NCBI GenBank assembly: GCA_017436845.1
Contig: JAFSCJ010000015.1
Span: 126,771 to 190,770 of the forward strand
DNA length: 64,000 nucleotides
Reading direction: 5' to 3'
Source of the DNA: Muribaculaceae bacterium
GTDB lineage: Bacteria > Bacteroidota > Bacteroidia > Bacteroidales > Muribaculaceae
Part shown: positions 1-9,526 of the stretch, piece after piece
Layout of the letters: each line of letters starts with the position of its first letter
Numbering within the stretch: the stretch's first letter is position 1
The notes under the pieces: generated by a model
What the model saw: only the letters and a program-made list of their open reading frames with translations
The model's database searches: none
What the model was told of the DNA's origin: nothing
Translations under genes and position numbers: made by a program

Positions 1-1
1 C

Positions 2-328
2 CCCATAAACTGGGAGCCGCATCAGCGCGGGGTGTCATACCGGGCGGAGCCATTGGTGAAGTTGCACATCGTAACCGACTGGTGCCCGGAGTCCGGGCTG
101 ACAGATTGTCTCGACACGCAGAGTGGTGAGTCGCTGCTGACAGATTGCGATGCCGACAGCAGCGTGGAATTGTTGGATTTGTCGGAGGCGATACATGGAG
201 TTGTCGGTTGTATTGATGGCGAGAAATTCAGTCGTTTTGACTTGATACAGACCGCCACCAACCACAACCATGAGGATATAGTAGAAAGCATCGACACATA
301 CCAATGCGTAGCGTATCGTCAATTTTAA
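2..328 (+). CDS. partial CDS (3' end) of an unidentified acidic protein that runs off the left edge
   Basis: The frame is open from nt 2 to TAA at 326-328, and a strong hairpin terminator follows 27 nt later. It is GC-rich (38/60 in nt 1-60, hand count), unlike the rest of the window. An in-frame 12-nt repeat gctgacagattg occurs at 97-108 and 136-147. No family recognised. Confidence 0.35.
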   Translation, partial: PINWEPHQRGVSYRAEPLVKLHIVTDWCPESGLTDCLDTQSGESLLTDCDADSSVELLDLSEAIHGVVGCIDGEKFSRFDLIQTATNHNHEDIVESIDTYQCVAYRQF

Positions 329-354
329 TAAGCCAAATAGACTAATAAGAAACG

Positions 355-390
355 AAGAAGCGACCTCTTGAGGGGCCGCTTCTTGTGTTT
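355..390 (+). terminator. rho-independent terminator
   Basis: AAGAAGCGaCC (355-365) pairs with GGCCGCTTCTT (374-384), 11 bp with one mismatch and an 8-nt loop, followed by gtgtttt. Confidence 0.6.
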
Positions 391-450
391 TATAAGATTT
401 TATCACTCATTTTATTGTTATTTGAAAAATAGTGATTATATTTGCGTAAT

Positions 451-687
451 ATGGATGCAAAGCAATTAGGCATATTATTCAAGAAAGCGAAAGAATTTGC
501 GCAATCGCAAGGGCTTAACTATATATCATATCGTAAAATATGGAATGGTTTTGCTGTATATTTTGTTAGTGAGACTGAGCCCAAAGGTGTCAGTTATGGA
601 GGGTATCCTGACTATATTCTCGTCGCAACTGATACAAATGCAAGAATGGCTACATTTGAAGAAATAAATGAGATTTTAGCATCATAG
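451..687 (+). CDS. small hypothetical protein (78 aa)
   Basis: The ORF 442-687 most plausibly starts at ATG 451 (MDAKQLGILFKK...). It converges on the MuF-toxin gene, and their stop codons overlap (TCATAG at 682-687). AT-rich, host-like composition. No family recognised. Confidence 0.5.
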   Translation: MDAKQLGILFKKAKEFAQSQGLNYISYRKIWNGFAVYFVSETEPKGVSYGGYPDYILVATDTNARMATFEEINEILAS

Positions 688-1779
688 TTTATTTTTCACA
701 ATACCATTAATAATATCCATATTTATAAGTAAATTATCTACTCGGAGTATTCCTACCCCTGATGACAATTTTATTTTTTGTCCTACTTCTTTCCAATTAT
801 AAATTTCTCCAGATTGAGGATCATAAATGCGAATACCACCATTAGCGAATTTCTCACAAACTACGATGTGACCTGTATTTTCGTTTTTCCAAGTCCAATT
901 TATGTGATAGCGTCCCGGTTCTTTAGTTAATTCATTTAATTCGGCATTTAACTCAGATAATGATTTTATCTTGGTGATTACACGCCCTCGTTTATCAATA
1001 TCACGTCCCTTAATGCCACCCGCAATCATTTTTTTAGGGGTTTCATTTGTACCGGGTACCCGCCACGCTAATTCGGTATGATAAGCTAATTTCTCGGGGA
1101 TATTATCAGCATCCCCCACTATACGCATAAATGCCTCCACATCGTAGCCGCGACGGCGTAGTTCGTATGCAACAACACAAGATTGACAATTTTGAGAATA
1201 CCCATTGCGAATACCTTTCTGGTAGTTTGGATTTGCATGATATTCATTTGCCGTCTCATGAGTCATCGGCTTTCCTTGCTCTATTAGTACATCGGATAAC
1301 GCATGTTCATTCTCAATCCAGGCTTTTTGTTCAAGGTTGTTTAACCCAGGCGGAACATTTCCCCCAATGCCATTATTATACATCTCCGTCAAAGTGCCTT
1401 TTACAGCACTTTTCCCCTCTGAATGGGTTTTATAGTAAGGGTGTCGTTCCGGGAATAGGCGCATGGACTTGCCGGGGTTGAATCGGAATATTTGACGCTT
1501 GGCACCATCGGTGCAGTTCTGCCCGCGCTTCATCGCGAGTTCAGAATCAGACATGGGGTATTTATCCTTGCGGACTTGTACCGCCAAACAGCGACAATAC
1601 CATCCATTCGGCGGCAGAAAGGAGTCCCAAAATGGGTCGGAGATTGGCAACGTTGTGTTGTGCAGTATTGCGTGTTCCTCTCTTACATGTGAGTCCCCGG
1701 CGGTGCGATATTGCAGATAATAACGGTCCCCGTCCTGCTCAAACTCATGCCAGCGTACGGCCATTTGAGAAGCGGCCAC
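682..1779 (-). CDS. phage Mu F-like (SPP1 gp7 family) head-morphogenesis domain fused to a C-terminal predicted papain-fold (Cys/His/Asp) toxin-like domain; apparently 5'-truncated remnant
   Basis: MuF signature YRTAGDSHVREEHAILHNTTLP...PPNGWYCRCLAVQV. Candidate triad in the C-terminal region: QNCQSCVVAYE, NTGHIVVCEK, RIYDPQSG. The first start is GTG at 1779. The frame stays open upstream only to a TAG at 1831-1833, so the usual long N-terminal part of MuF proteins has no room before the rfbD promoter. Confidence 0.6.
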   Translation of the reverse strand: MAASQMAVRWHEFEQDGDRYYLQYRTAGDSHVREEHAILHNTTLPISDPFWDSFLPPNGWYCRCLAVQVRKDKYPMSDSELAMKRGQNCTDGAKRQIFRFNPGKSMRLFPERHPYYKTHSEGKSAVKGTLTEMYNNGIGGNVPPGLNNLEQKAWIENEHALSDVLIEQGKPMTHETANEYHANPNYQKGIRNGYSQNCQSCVVAYELRRRGYDVEAFMRIVGDADNIPEKLAYHTELAWRVPGTNETPKKMIAGGIKGRDIDKRGRVITKIKSLSELNAELNELTKEPGRYHINWTWKNENTGHIVVCEKFANGGIRIYDPQSGEIYNWKEVGQKIKLSSGVGILRVDNLLINMDIINGIVKNKL

Positions 1780-1897
1780 AGCCTGGTTGTACTCTGCACG
1801 CAGATAGTTGTGATTGTAGGTAGTGCCAATCTAGCACCTTATTCAAAATTAGGACAAAAATGTTGCTATTCTTGATTGAGCATTGTGCTTTAATTCT

Positions 1898-1905
1898 TAT
1901 CTTTG
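1898..1905 (+). promoter_or_regulatory. Bacteroides-type -7 promoter box (TAtcTTTG) for rfbD
   Basis: Exact TAnnTTTG match 23 nt upstream of ATG 1928. Confidence 0.5.
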
Positions 1906-1927
1906 CATAATAAATAATATAACTAAT

Positions 1928-2791
1928 ATGAAAATACTTGTAACAGGTGCAAATGGGCAACTTGGCAACGAGATGAAAAATGTTCTTGAAAAAGAGTGCC
2001 CAGGAATAACACTATATACAGATATTCAAGAGTTAGATTTGCTCGATGCTCAGGCTGTAGAGTTGTTTGTCTTAAAAAATGAGATTACACACATCGTGAA
2101 TTGTGCTGCTTATACCGCTGTCGATAGAGCTGAAGAAGATAAGGCTTTATGTGCAGCAGTAAATATTGATGCCGTAAAAAATCTTGCAAACGCGGCTGAT
2201 GCCGTTGGAGCAAAAATTATTCATATTTCTACTGATTATGTGTTTGATGGTACAGCGCATCGCCCTTATAAAGAATCAGACAAAGTAAATCCAATGTCTC
2301 AATATGGAACAACTAAGCGTACCGGAGAGACGGCACTTATTGCACTTGCACCTGAGAGTATAATAATACGCACAAGTTGGCTTTATTCTCCATATGGCAA
2401 TAATTTTGTAAAAACAATGATTAGATTAGGGAAAGAAAGAAGTCAATTGAAAGTAGTGTGTGATCAAGTGGGAACGCCCACCTATGCAAAAGATTTAGCA
2501 AAAGCGATATATGTAATTTTGATGTCACATCAGTGGGTTGAAGGTATATATCATTTTAGTAATGAGGGGGCTTGTTCGTGGTATGATTTTACAAAGTCGA
2601 TACATCGTATCGCTGGAATAAAGACATGCGAAGTGTTGCCTATCCCAACAGAGGACTACCCTACTGCTGCTACAAGACCTGCATATAGCATTTTAAATAA
2701 ATCAAAGATTAAAGCTACTTATGGGCTTGAAATCCCCTATTGGGAAGAAAGTTTACAAGAGTGTATAAATAGATTGGAAATAACTGAATAG
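1928..2791 (+). CDS. rfbD: dTDP-4-dehydrorhamnose reductase
   Basis: Rossmann N-terminus MKILVTGANGQLG and a YGTTK (YxxxK) motif. Length and overall pattern match RmlD. ATG 1928 is preferred over the ORF-track start at 1883. Confidence 0.9.
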   Translation: MKILVTGANGQLGNEMKNVLEKECPGITLYTDIQELDLLDAQAVELFVLKNEITHIVNCAAYTAVDRAEEDKALCAAVNIDAVKNLANAADAVGAKIIHISTDYVFDGTAHRPYKESDKVNPMSQYGTTKRTGETALIALAPESIIIRTSWLYSPYGNNFVKTMIRLGKERSQLKVVCDQVGTPTYAKDLAKAIYVILMSHQWVEGIYHFSNEGACSWYDFTKSIHRIAGIKTCEVLPIPTEDYPTAATRPAYSILNKSKIKATYGLEIPYWEESLQECINRLEITE

Positions 2792-2803
2792 AATAAAATA
2801 AAA

Positions 2804-4384
2804 GTGGCAAATTTAGCAGAAGAAATAAGCCGTCGTCGCACATTTGCAATTATTAGTCATCCGGATGCCGGAAAAACAACTTTGACAGAAAAATTATTGT
2901 TGTTTGGTGGTGCAATTCACATTGCCGGGGCAGTAAAATCAAATAAAATAAAGAAAACTGCGACTTCTGACTGGATGGAGATAGAAAAACAACGTGGTAT
3001 TTCTGTTGCGACATCTGTTATGGGATTTAATTATGGGGATTACAAGATAAATATTCTCGACACTCCGGGTCATCAGGATTTTGCAGAAGATACATATCGT
3101 ACACTCACCGCTGTTGATAGTGTTATTATTGTTGTTGACGTCGCTAAAGGGGTTGAGCAACAGACTCGAAAATTAATGGAGGTATGTCGCATGAGGAATA
3201 CGCCTGTAATTATATTTGTTAATAAATTAGATCGTGAGGGGCGTGATCCTTTTGAGATTCTTGATGAGTTAGAGGCTGAGCTAAAAATTGGTGTGCGACC
3301 ACTAAGTTGGCCTATTAACATTGGCGCAAAATTTAAAGGAGTTTACAATATATATGAACAATCATTAGATTTATTTACGCCCAATAAGCAACGAGTTTCT
3401 GAACGAGTTGAGATTGCCGATATTAATGATGCTCGCATAAATGAAAACGTTGGAGAAAAAGATGCAGCAAAATTAAGGGATGATTTAGAACTTATAGATG
3501 GTGTATATCCTGAGTTTGATGTTAATGATTATCTTGGTGGAAAAATCGCGCCAGTCTTTTTTGGCTCAGCGTTAAATACATTTGGAGTAAAGGAACTTTT
3601 GGATTGCTTTGTTCAAATAGCACCATCACCTCGTCCAATTATGGCTGAAGAACGAGAGATAAAACCCGAGGAAAATACATTTTCAGGTTTTGTATTTAAA
3701 ATCCATGCCAATATGGACCCAAATCATCGCAGCTGTATCGCATTTGTGAAAATATGCTCTGGTAAATTTGAGAGAAATGCTAATTATAAGCACATTAGAT
3801 CGGGTAAGATGATGAAATTTGCGGCACCTACAGCATTTATGGCACAGAAAAAGGATATTGTAGATGAAGCTTATCCAGGAGATATTGTTGGGATTCCTGA
3901 TACCGGCAATTTTAAGATTGGAGATACGTTAACTGCTGGGGAACAATTACATTTCAAAGGGTTACCAAGTTTCTCGCCTGAAATGTTTAAGTACATTGAA
4001 AATACCGATCCAATGAAATCAAAACAATTGGAAAAAGGAATTCAGCAATTGATGGATGAAGGTGTGGCGCAATTATTTATCAATCAGTTTAACGGACGAA
4101 AAATAATTGGAACTGTCGGGCAACTTCAATTTGAGGTTATTCAATATCGTTTGTTAAATGAATATGGGGCTCAATGTCGATGGGAACCAATTTCATTGTA
4201 TAAAGCATGCTGGATCGAGAGTGATGACGATGATGCTCTCGTTGCATTTAAAAAACGCAAGCATCAATTTATGGCAATAGATCGCGAAGGTCGCGATGTT
4301 TTTCTTGCTGATTCAAACTACGTGTTGCAGATGGCACAAAGTGATTTCCCGAAAATTAAATTCCATTTTACAAGCGAATTCTGA
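2804..4384 (+). CDS. prfC: peptide chain release factor 3
   Basis: [23 protein letters not shown] (G1), DTPGHQDF (G3), NKLD (G4), 526 aa. GTG start 12 nt after the rfbD stop. Confidence 0.93.
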   Translation: MANLAEEISRRRTFAIISHPDAGKTTLTEKLLLFGGAIHIAGAVKSNKIKKTATSDWMEIEKQRGISVATSVMGFNYGDYKINILDTPGHQDFAEDTYRTLTAVDSVIIVVDVAKGVEQQTRKLMEVCRMRNTPVIIFVNKLDREGRDPFEILDELEAELKIGVRPLSWPINIGAKFKGVYNIYEQSLDLFTPNKQRVSERVEIADINDARINENVGEKDAAKLRDDLELIDGVYPEFDVNDYLGGKIAPVFFGSALNTFGVKELLDCFVQIAPSPRPIMAEEREIKPEENTFSGFVFKIHANMDPNHRSCIAFVKICSGKFERNANYKHIRSGKMMKFAAPTAFMAQKKDIVDEAYPGDIVGIPDTGNFKIGDTLTAGEQLHFKGLPSFSPEMFKYIENTDPMKSKQLEKGIQQLMDEGVAQLFINQFNGRKIIGTVGQLQFEVIQYRLLNEYGAQCRWEPISLYKACWIESDDDDALVAFKKRKHQFMAIDREGRDVFLADSNYVLQMAQSDFPKIKFHFTSEF

Positions 4385-4408
4385 AAGTGGTAAATGATAA
4401 ATTATTAG

Positions 4409-4445
4409 GGCGTGATGGATAATATCTGTCACGCCTGTTTAGTTT
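4409..4445 (+). terminator. rho-independent terminator after prfC
   Basis: GGCGTGA (4409-4415) pairs with TCACGCC (4429-4435), followed by tgtttagtttt. Confidence 0.6.
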
Positions 4446-4504
4446 TCTTAATAAGATACGATTAAAAACTTATTAAAATTTTATGATGCTCCACTGTTTT
4501 GTGT

Positions 4505-4512
4505 TACCTTTG
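4505..4512 (+). promoter_or_regulatory. -7 promoter box (TAccTTTG) for the thr operon
   Basis: Exact TAnnTTTG match 43 nt upstream of thrA ATG 4555. Confidence 0.5.
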
Positions 4513-4554
4513 TAAAATACATTTAGTAAATAATATTTTGCAAAATATAAGCCG

Positions 4555-6990
4555 ATGAAAGTGTTAAAATTTGGTGGGACATCTGTCGGTACAGTAGAAA
4601 GTCTTAGCCATGTAAAAAAAATAGTAGAGTCTTGTACAGAACAAGTAATTGTTGTTGTTTCTGCGCTTGGCGGTATTACCGATAAATTAATAAACACAGC
4701 GCAACTCGCATCTAAAGGGGATATTACATACTTAGAATCGTATGCACACATTGTTGAACGCCATAATATTGTAATTGATGGATTGGTCCCTGCCGATAAA
4801 CAATTTGATGTTAAATCTATTGTAAATCCGCTGCTTGAAGAATTAGGAAATATATATCGTGGGGTAAATCTAATAGGAGATTTATCCGAAAGAACGCTTG
4901 ATATTATTGTTAGCTACGGAGAACGTTTATCGTCAGTGATAATAAGTCATATAATATCTAATGCAAAACATTTTGATTCTCGTAAATTTATTAAGACAGA
5001 AAAACAATTTGGTAAACATATACTAAACAATGAATTAACACAAGCATTAATTCATTCAACATTTGATAATAGTGATTTCTCGGTTGCAATTGTTCCAGGA
5101 TTTATTGCGTCGAATGGAAATAATGATATAACTAATTTGGGTAGAGGAGGGAGTGATTACACAGCTGCCATAATTGCAGCAACACTTGATGCTTCAGTGC
5201 TTGAAATTTGGACTGACGTTGATGGGTTTATGACAGCAGATCCTCGCGTGATTAATAACACGTATGTTATTGAGCATTTATCATTTATTGAGGCAATGGA
5301 GTTGTGTAATTTTGGTGCAAAAGTTATATATCCACCTACCATTTACCCGGTGTATCATAAAAATATTCCTATTAAGATAAAGAATACATTTAACCACACC
5401 GCTCCCGGAACATTAATTTCTGAACAACGACCAAGTGTAGAAGGTAAAGCAATTAAAGGAATCTCATCAATTAATGATACCTGCTTGATTACTGTATCAG
5501 GTCTTGGTATGGTAGGAATTGTCGGCATTAATGCTCGCATCTTTAATGCTTTGGCTAAAAATGGAGTAAGTGTATTCCTTGTTTCACAAGCATCAAGTGA
5601 AAATAATACTTCATTTGCAGTAAAAAATGCTGATGCTGATCTCGCCGTGCAAGTACTGAAAGAAGAATTCTCGGCTGAGTTACAAAGTGGTGAATTAAGT
5701 GATATTACGCCGGAACGGAATTTGGCTACTGTAGCTATTGTTGGTGAAAACATGAAACATACTACAGGTATTGCCGGAAAGTTGTTTAATACATTAGGTC
5801 GTAATGGTATAAGTATTATTGCATGTTCACAAGGGGCATCAGAGACAAATATTTCCTTTGTTATCGATTTAAAAAATCTAAGGAAAGCATTAAATGTTAT
5901 TCATGACTCATTCTTCCTTTCAGAAACACAAATTCTAAACTTGTTTATCGTTGGAGTTGGTACTGTTGGTCGTCATTTATTGCAACAAATTGGACAACAA
6001 CAAGAAAATTTACTTAAGAACAAAGCATTAGCATTAAAAGTAGTTGGTATATCAAATTCTCGGAAATGTATATTCAATAGAGAAGGTATCGATATTGATA
6101 ATTATAAACAGCTATTGGAGGATGCTGAAATTCCAGCCACTCCACAACGAATAAAAGAAGAGATAATAAACATGAATATCTTTAATTCGGTGTTTGTTGA
6201 TTGTACTGCGAGTCCTGATATTGCTGCATTATATGATGATTTGTTATCCCATAATATAAATGTTGTAGCTGCTAATAAAATTGCAGCATCATCTGAATAT
6301 TCAAATTATGCAAAATTAAAAAATATCGCACGAAAAAAAGATGTTAAGTTCTTGTTTGAAACAAATGTCGGTGCAGGTTTACCAATTATCAATACAATAA
6401 ATAATCTTATAAATTCGGGTGATAAAATATTAAAAATAGAAGCAGTAGTTTCCGGAACGCTCAATTATATTTTTAATGTATTGAGTAAGAAAACTCCATT
6501 AAGTAAAGCTATTATGATGGCGCGAGACGCCGGTTATAGTGAACCTGACCCTCGTGTTGATTTAAGTGGCAAGGATGTCGTTCGCAAATTAGTTATTTTG
6601 GCGCGAGAAGCCGGTTATAAAGTGGAACAAGAGGATGTGAAACGCAATTTGTTTGTCCCAGAAAAATATTTTAATGGTACAGTAGATGATTTTTTTGTGA
6701 ATATAGCAGAGCTGGATGATGAATTTGAACAAAAACGTGTAGAAGCAGTATCAAATAATGAACATTTCCGTTTTGTCGCAAAATTAGAAGATGGAAATGT
6801 AGAAGTTGGTCTGCAAAAAGTTGACTCAACTCATCCATTCTACGCTCTTGAGGGAAGTAATAATGTGATTTTATTGACAACAGAACGCTATAAAGAGTAT
6901 CCAATGGTTATTAAAGGATATGGAGCTGGAGCTGAAGTCACTGCAGCCGGAGTTTTTGCTGATATAATAAGCATTGCTAATATTAGATAA
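4555..6990 (+). CDS. thrA: bifunctional aspartokinase / homoserine dehydrogenase
   Basis: 811 aa. N-terminal aspartokinase motif MKVLKFGGTSVG, central ACT-like region, and a C-terminal homoserine dehydrogenase part (NVGAGLPII, GYGAGAEVTAAGV). Confidence 0.93.
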   Translation: MKVLKFGGTSVGTVESLSHVKKIVESCTEQVIVVVSALGGITDKLINTAQLASKGDITYLESYAHIVERHNIVIDGLVPADKQFDVKSIVNPLLEELGNIYRGVNLIGDLSERTLDIIVSYGERLSSVIISHIISNAKHFDSRKFIKTEKQFGKHILNNELTQALIHSTFDNSDFSVAIVPGFIASNGNNDITNLGRGGSDYTAAIIAATLDASVLEIWTDVDGFMTADPRVINNTYVIEHLSFIEAMELCNFGAKVIYPPTIYPVYHKNIPIKIKNTFNHTAPGTLISEQRPSVEGKAIKGISSINDTCLITVSGLGMVGIVGINARIFNALAKNGVSVFLVSQASSENNTSFAVKNADADLAVQVLKEEFSAELQSGELSDITPERNLATVAIVGENMKHTTGIAGKLFNTLGRNGISIIACSQGASETNISFVIDLKNLRKALNVIHDSFFLSETQILNLFIVGVGTVGRHLLQQIGQQQENLLKNKALALKVVGISNSRKCIFNREGIDIDNYKQLLEDAEIPATPQRIKEEIINMNIFNSVFVDCTASPDIAALYDDLLSHNINVVAANKIAASSEYSNYAKLKNIARKKDVKFLFETNVGAGLPIINTINNLINSGDKILKIEAVVSGTLNYIFNVLSKKTPLSKAIMMARDAGYSEPDPRVDLSGKDVVRKLVILAREAGYKVEQEDVKRNLFVPEKYFNGTVDDFFVNIAELDDEFEQKRVEAVSNNEHFRFVAKLEDGNVEVGLQKVDSTHPFYALEGSNNVILLTTERYKEYPMVIKGYGAGAEVTAAGVFADIISIANIR

Positions 6991-6992
6991 CA

Positions 6993-8198
6993 ATGAAATA
7001 TATTATTGTTCTTGGAGATGGAATGGCTGATGAGCCAATAGAAGAGTTAGGGGACAAAACACCCTTACAAGTTGCCAATACTCCGACTTTAGATTTATTG
7101 GCTAAGAAAGGTAGGGTTGGTATGCTCTCAACTGTGCCTAAAGGCTTTCATCCCGGAAGTGAAATAGCAAATCTGTCAGTATTAGGTTATGACGTTGCCA
7201 AAGTATTTGAAGGCAGAGGTTCATTAGAAGCGGCAAGTATGGGAATTCCTATCGAAAGAGATGAAATGGCTATGCGATGTAATTTAATATGTATAGAAGA
7301 TGGTAAAATTAAGAACCATTCAGCTGGTCATATTTCAACTGAGGAATCAACTGAGCTAATCCAATATTTGCAAAAAGAATTAGGAAATGAATTCATTTCG
7401 TTTTTCCCGGGTGTTTCATATCGCCATTTATTAAAAATCAGGAACGCGAATAAAAATATTCGTTGCACGCCACCACACGATGTCCCTGGTACAAAATTTA
7501 TGGACGTAATGGTAACTGCAAAATCTGATGAAGCTCAGCAAACATCTGATTTAGTTAATTCTTTAATATTAAGATCACAAGAAATATTATCGGAACACCC
7601 TATTAACATTAAGCGTCTAAAAGAGGGAAAAGACCCAGCAAATAGCATTTGGCCATGGTCTCCCGGATATAAACCATCTATGCAAACAATGCAAGAATTG
7701 TATGGATTAAAGAGTGGCGTTGTTATATCTGCAGTAGATTTAATAAGAGGGATTGGCGTTTATGCTGGTTTAAAACCTATAATTGTAGAAGGTGCGACCG
7801 GATTACATGATACAAATTATGAAGGAAAGGCAAATGCGGTTATTGATGCATTAAATGAGAATGATTTTATATTCCTTCATATAGAAGCAAGCGATGAAGC
7901 CGGTCATGAGGGTAATTATAAATTAAAAATACGCACGATTGAGTATTTGGATAATCGCGTTCTAAATCCTCTATTAAAAGCAATTACAGAGATGAATGAA
8001 GATGTTGCACTTGCGGTATTGCCAGACCACCCTACTCCTTGCCGATTGCGCACTCACACTGCAAATCCGGTACCATTTATCATATATAAACCGGGAGTTT
8101 CACCTGATAATGTGACTATATATGATGAAAAATCAGCAGAATTAGGAGCGTATGGTTTGTTGTCAAAAGATGAATTTATTAAAGAACTATTTAAATAA
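6993..8198 (+). CDS. cofactor-independent phosphoglycerate mutase-like metalloenzyme (archaeal ApgM type); probable non-orthologous homoserine kinase of the thr operon
   Basis: N-terminal VLGDGMAD and EASDEAGHEG metal-site motifs of the alkaline-phosphatase/iPGM superfamily. It lies 2 nt after thrA and 6 nt before thrC, in the position normally held by thrB. Confidence 0.8.
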   Translation: MKYIIVLGDGMADEPIEELGDKTPLQVANTPTLDLLAKKGRVGMLSTVPKGFHPGSEIANLSVLGYDVAKVFEGRGSLEAASMGIPIERDEMAMRCNLICIEDGKIKNHSAGHISTEESTELIQYLQKELGNEFISFFPGVSYRHLLKIRNANKNIRCTPPHDVPGTKFMDVMVTAKSDEAQQTSDLVNSLILRSQEILSEHPINIKRLKEGKDPANSIWPWSPGYKPSMQTMQELYGLKSGVVISAVDLIRGIGVYAGLKPIIVEGATGLHDTNYEGKANAVIDALNENDFIFLHIEASDEAGHEGNYKLKIRTIEYLDNRVLNPLLKAITEMNEDVALAVLPDHPTPCRLRTHTANPVPFIIYKPGVSPDNVTIYDEKSAELGAYGLLSKDEFIKELFK

Positions 8199-8204
8199 TA
8201 TATT

Positions 8205-9509
8205 ATGCAGTATTATAGTACTAATGGTAATTCGCCAAAAGTTAGTTTGCAAGAAGCTGTTATACATGGTCTTGCATCGGACAAAGGGTTGTTTATGCCT
8301 GAAGTAATCCCAACTATACCTAAAGCATTTTTTAATAATATTGCTGAAATGTCGTTACAAGACATTGCTTATGTCGTTGCTAATACCCTATTTGGACAAG
8401 ATGTTGAATCAGAGATACTAAAGCAAATTGTTAATGAAACATTAAATTTCGACATCCCTCTTGTTCATGTTGCAGAGAATAGATATAGTTTAGAATTATT
8501 TCATGGACCGACGTTAGCATTTAAGGATGTTGGAGCTCGTTTCATGGCAAGATTATTAGGCTATTTTAATAAAGAGAAAGGGAAAAGTGATGTAAATGTT
8601 CTTGTCGCAACCTCGGGAGACACAGGAAGTGCTGTTGCCAATGGGTTCTTGAACGTACCAGGGGTAAGAGTCTTTGTACTATATCCAAAAGGGAAGGTTA
8701 GTAAAATACAAGAGGCGCAATTTACTACATTAGGAGCTAATATTACTGCTCTTGAAGTTAATGGTACATTTGATGATTGCCAAGCATTGGTGAAAAATGC
8801 ATTTATTGACAAAGATTTGAATGAGAAGATGCAATTGACATCGGCAAATTCAATTAACGTTGCGCGCTTTTTGCCACAGATGTTCTATTATTTTTATGCT
8901 TATGCACAATTAGCCCATATGGGGAAGTCATTAGATAATATTGTGATTTCTGTTCCAAGTGGTAATTTTGGAAATATAACAGCCGGATTAATTGGTAAAC
9001 GCATGGGATTACCAATTAAACGTTTTATTGCGGCTAATAATAGAAATGATATATTCTTCCAATATCTACTAACAGGTAAATACACCCCTCGCCCATCTAT
9101 AGCAACAATTGCAAATGCAATGGATGTTGGTGCCCCTTCAAATTTTGCCAGAATTTTGGATTTATATGAGCAATCTCATGATGCAATTGCGACTGAAATT
9201 TCTGGATGTACATATACTGATGAAGAGATTGCTGAAACGCTAAAAGCAACATATGATAAAACTGGATATTTATTAGACCCTCATGGAGCAGTGGGATATC
9301 GTAGTTTATTAGAAAACTTAAAAGATAATGAGATCGGTATATTTTTAGAAACTGCACATCCCGCTAAATTTAAAGATACAGTAGAAGGAATTATTCAAAA
9401 AGAGGTTAAAATTCCGAATAAATTAGCTGAATTTATGAAAGGCACCAAATCAACTGTGAAAATGTCTTCGGCATTTCCTGCATTTAAGAAATATTTAATG
9501 AATGTTTAA
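8205..9509 (+). CDS. thrC: threonine synthase
   Basis: PLP-lysine motif HGPTLAFKDVGARF, 434 aa, in thr operon context. Confidence 0.92.
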   Translation: MQYYSTNGNSPKVSLQEAVIHGLASDKGLFMPEVIPTIPKAFFNNIAEMSLQDIAYVVANTLFGQDVESEILKQIVNETLNFDIPLVHVAENRYSLELFHGPTLAFKDVGARFMARLLGYFNKEKGKSDVNVLVATSGDTGSAVANGFLNVPGVRVFVLYPKGKVSKIQEAQFTTLGANITALEVNGTFDDCQALVKNAFIDKDLNEKMQLTSANSINVARFLPQMFYYFYAYAQLAHMGKSLDNIVISVPSGNFGNITAGLIGKRMGLPIKRFIAANNRNDIFFQYLLTGKYTPRPSIATIANAMDVGAPSNFARILDLYEQSHDAIATEISGCTYTDEEIAETLKATYDKTGYLLDPHGAVGYRSLLENLKDNEIGIFLETAHPAKFKDTVEGIIQKEVKIPNKLAEFMKGTKSTVKMSSAFPAFKKYLMNV

Positions 9510-9526
9510 CTTTAAATTATAAAACT

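Noticed and set aside
97-147. Two copies of gctgacagattg, 39 nt apart in GC-rich DNA, considered as a diversity-generating retroelement VR/TR pair
   Set aside because: The repeat is only 12 nt, in frame within one ORF, and shows no adenine-specific mismatch pattern. No reverse transcriptase gene is present in the window.
1131-1823. Several + strand ORFs (1131-1481, 1492-1692, 1499-1720, 1632-1823) inside the MuF-domain gene
   Set aside because: The local high GC content keeps many frames open. Only the minus-strand frame carries a recognisable domain signature.
4483-4515. Mini-ORF MMLHCFVLPL upstream of thrA, considered as a threonine attenuator leader peptide
   Set aside because: It has no Thr or Ile codon run. 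It overlaps the predicted -7 box, so it is probably not transcribed from this promoter, and no alternative terminator/antiterminator pairing is visible.
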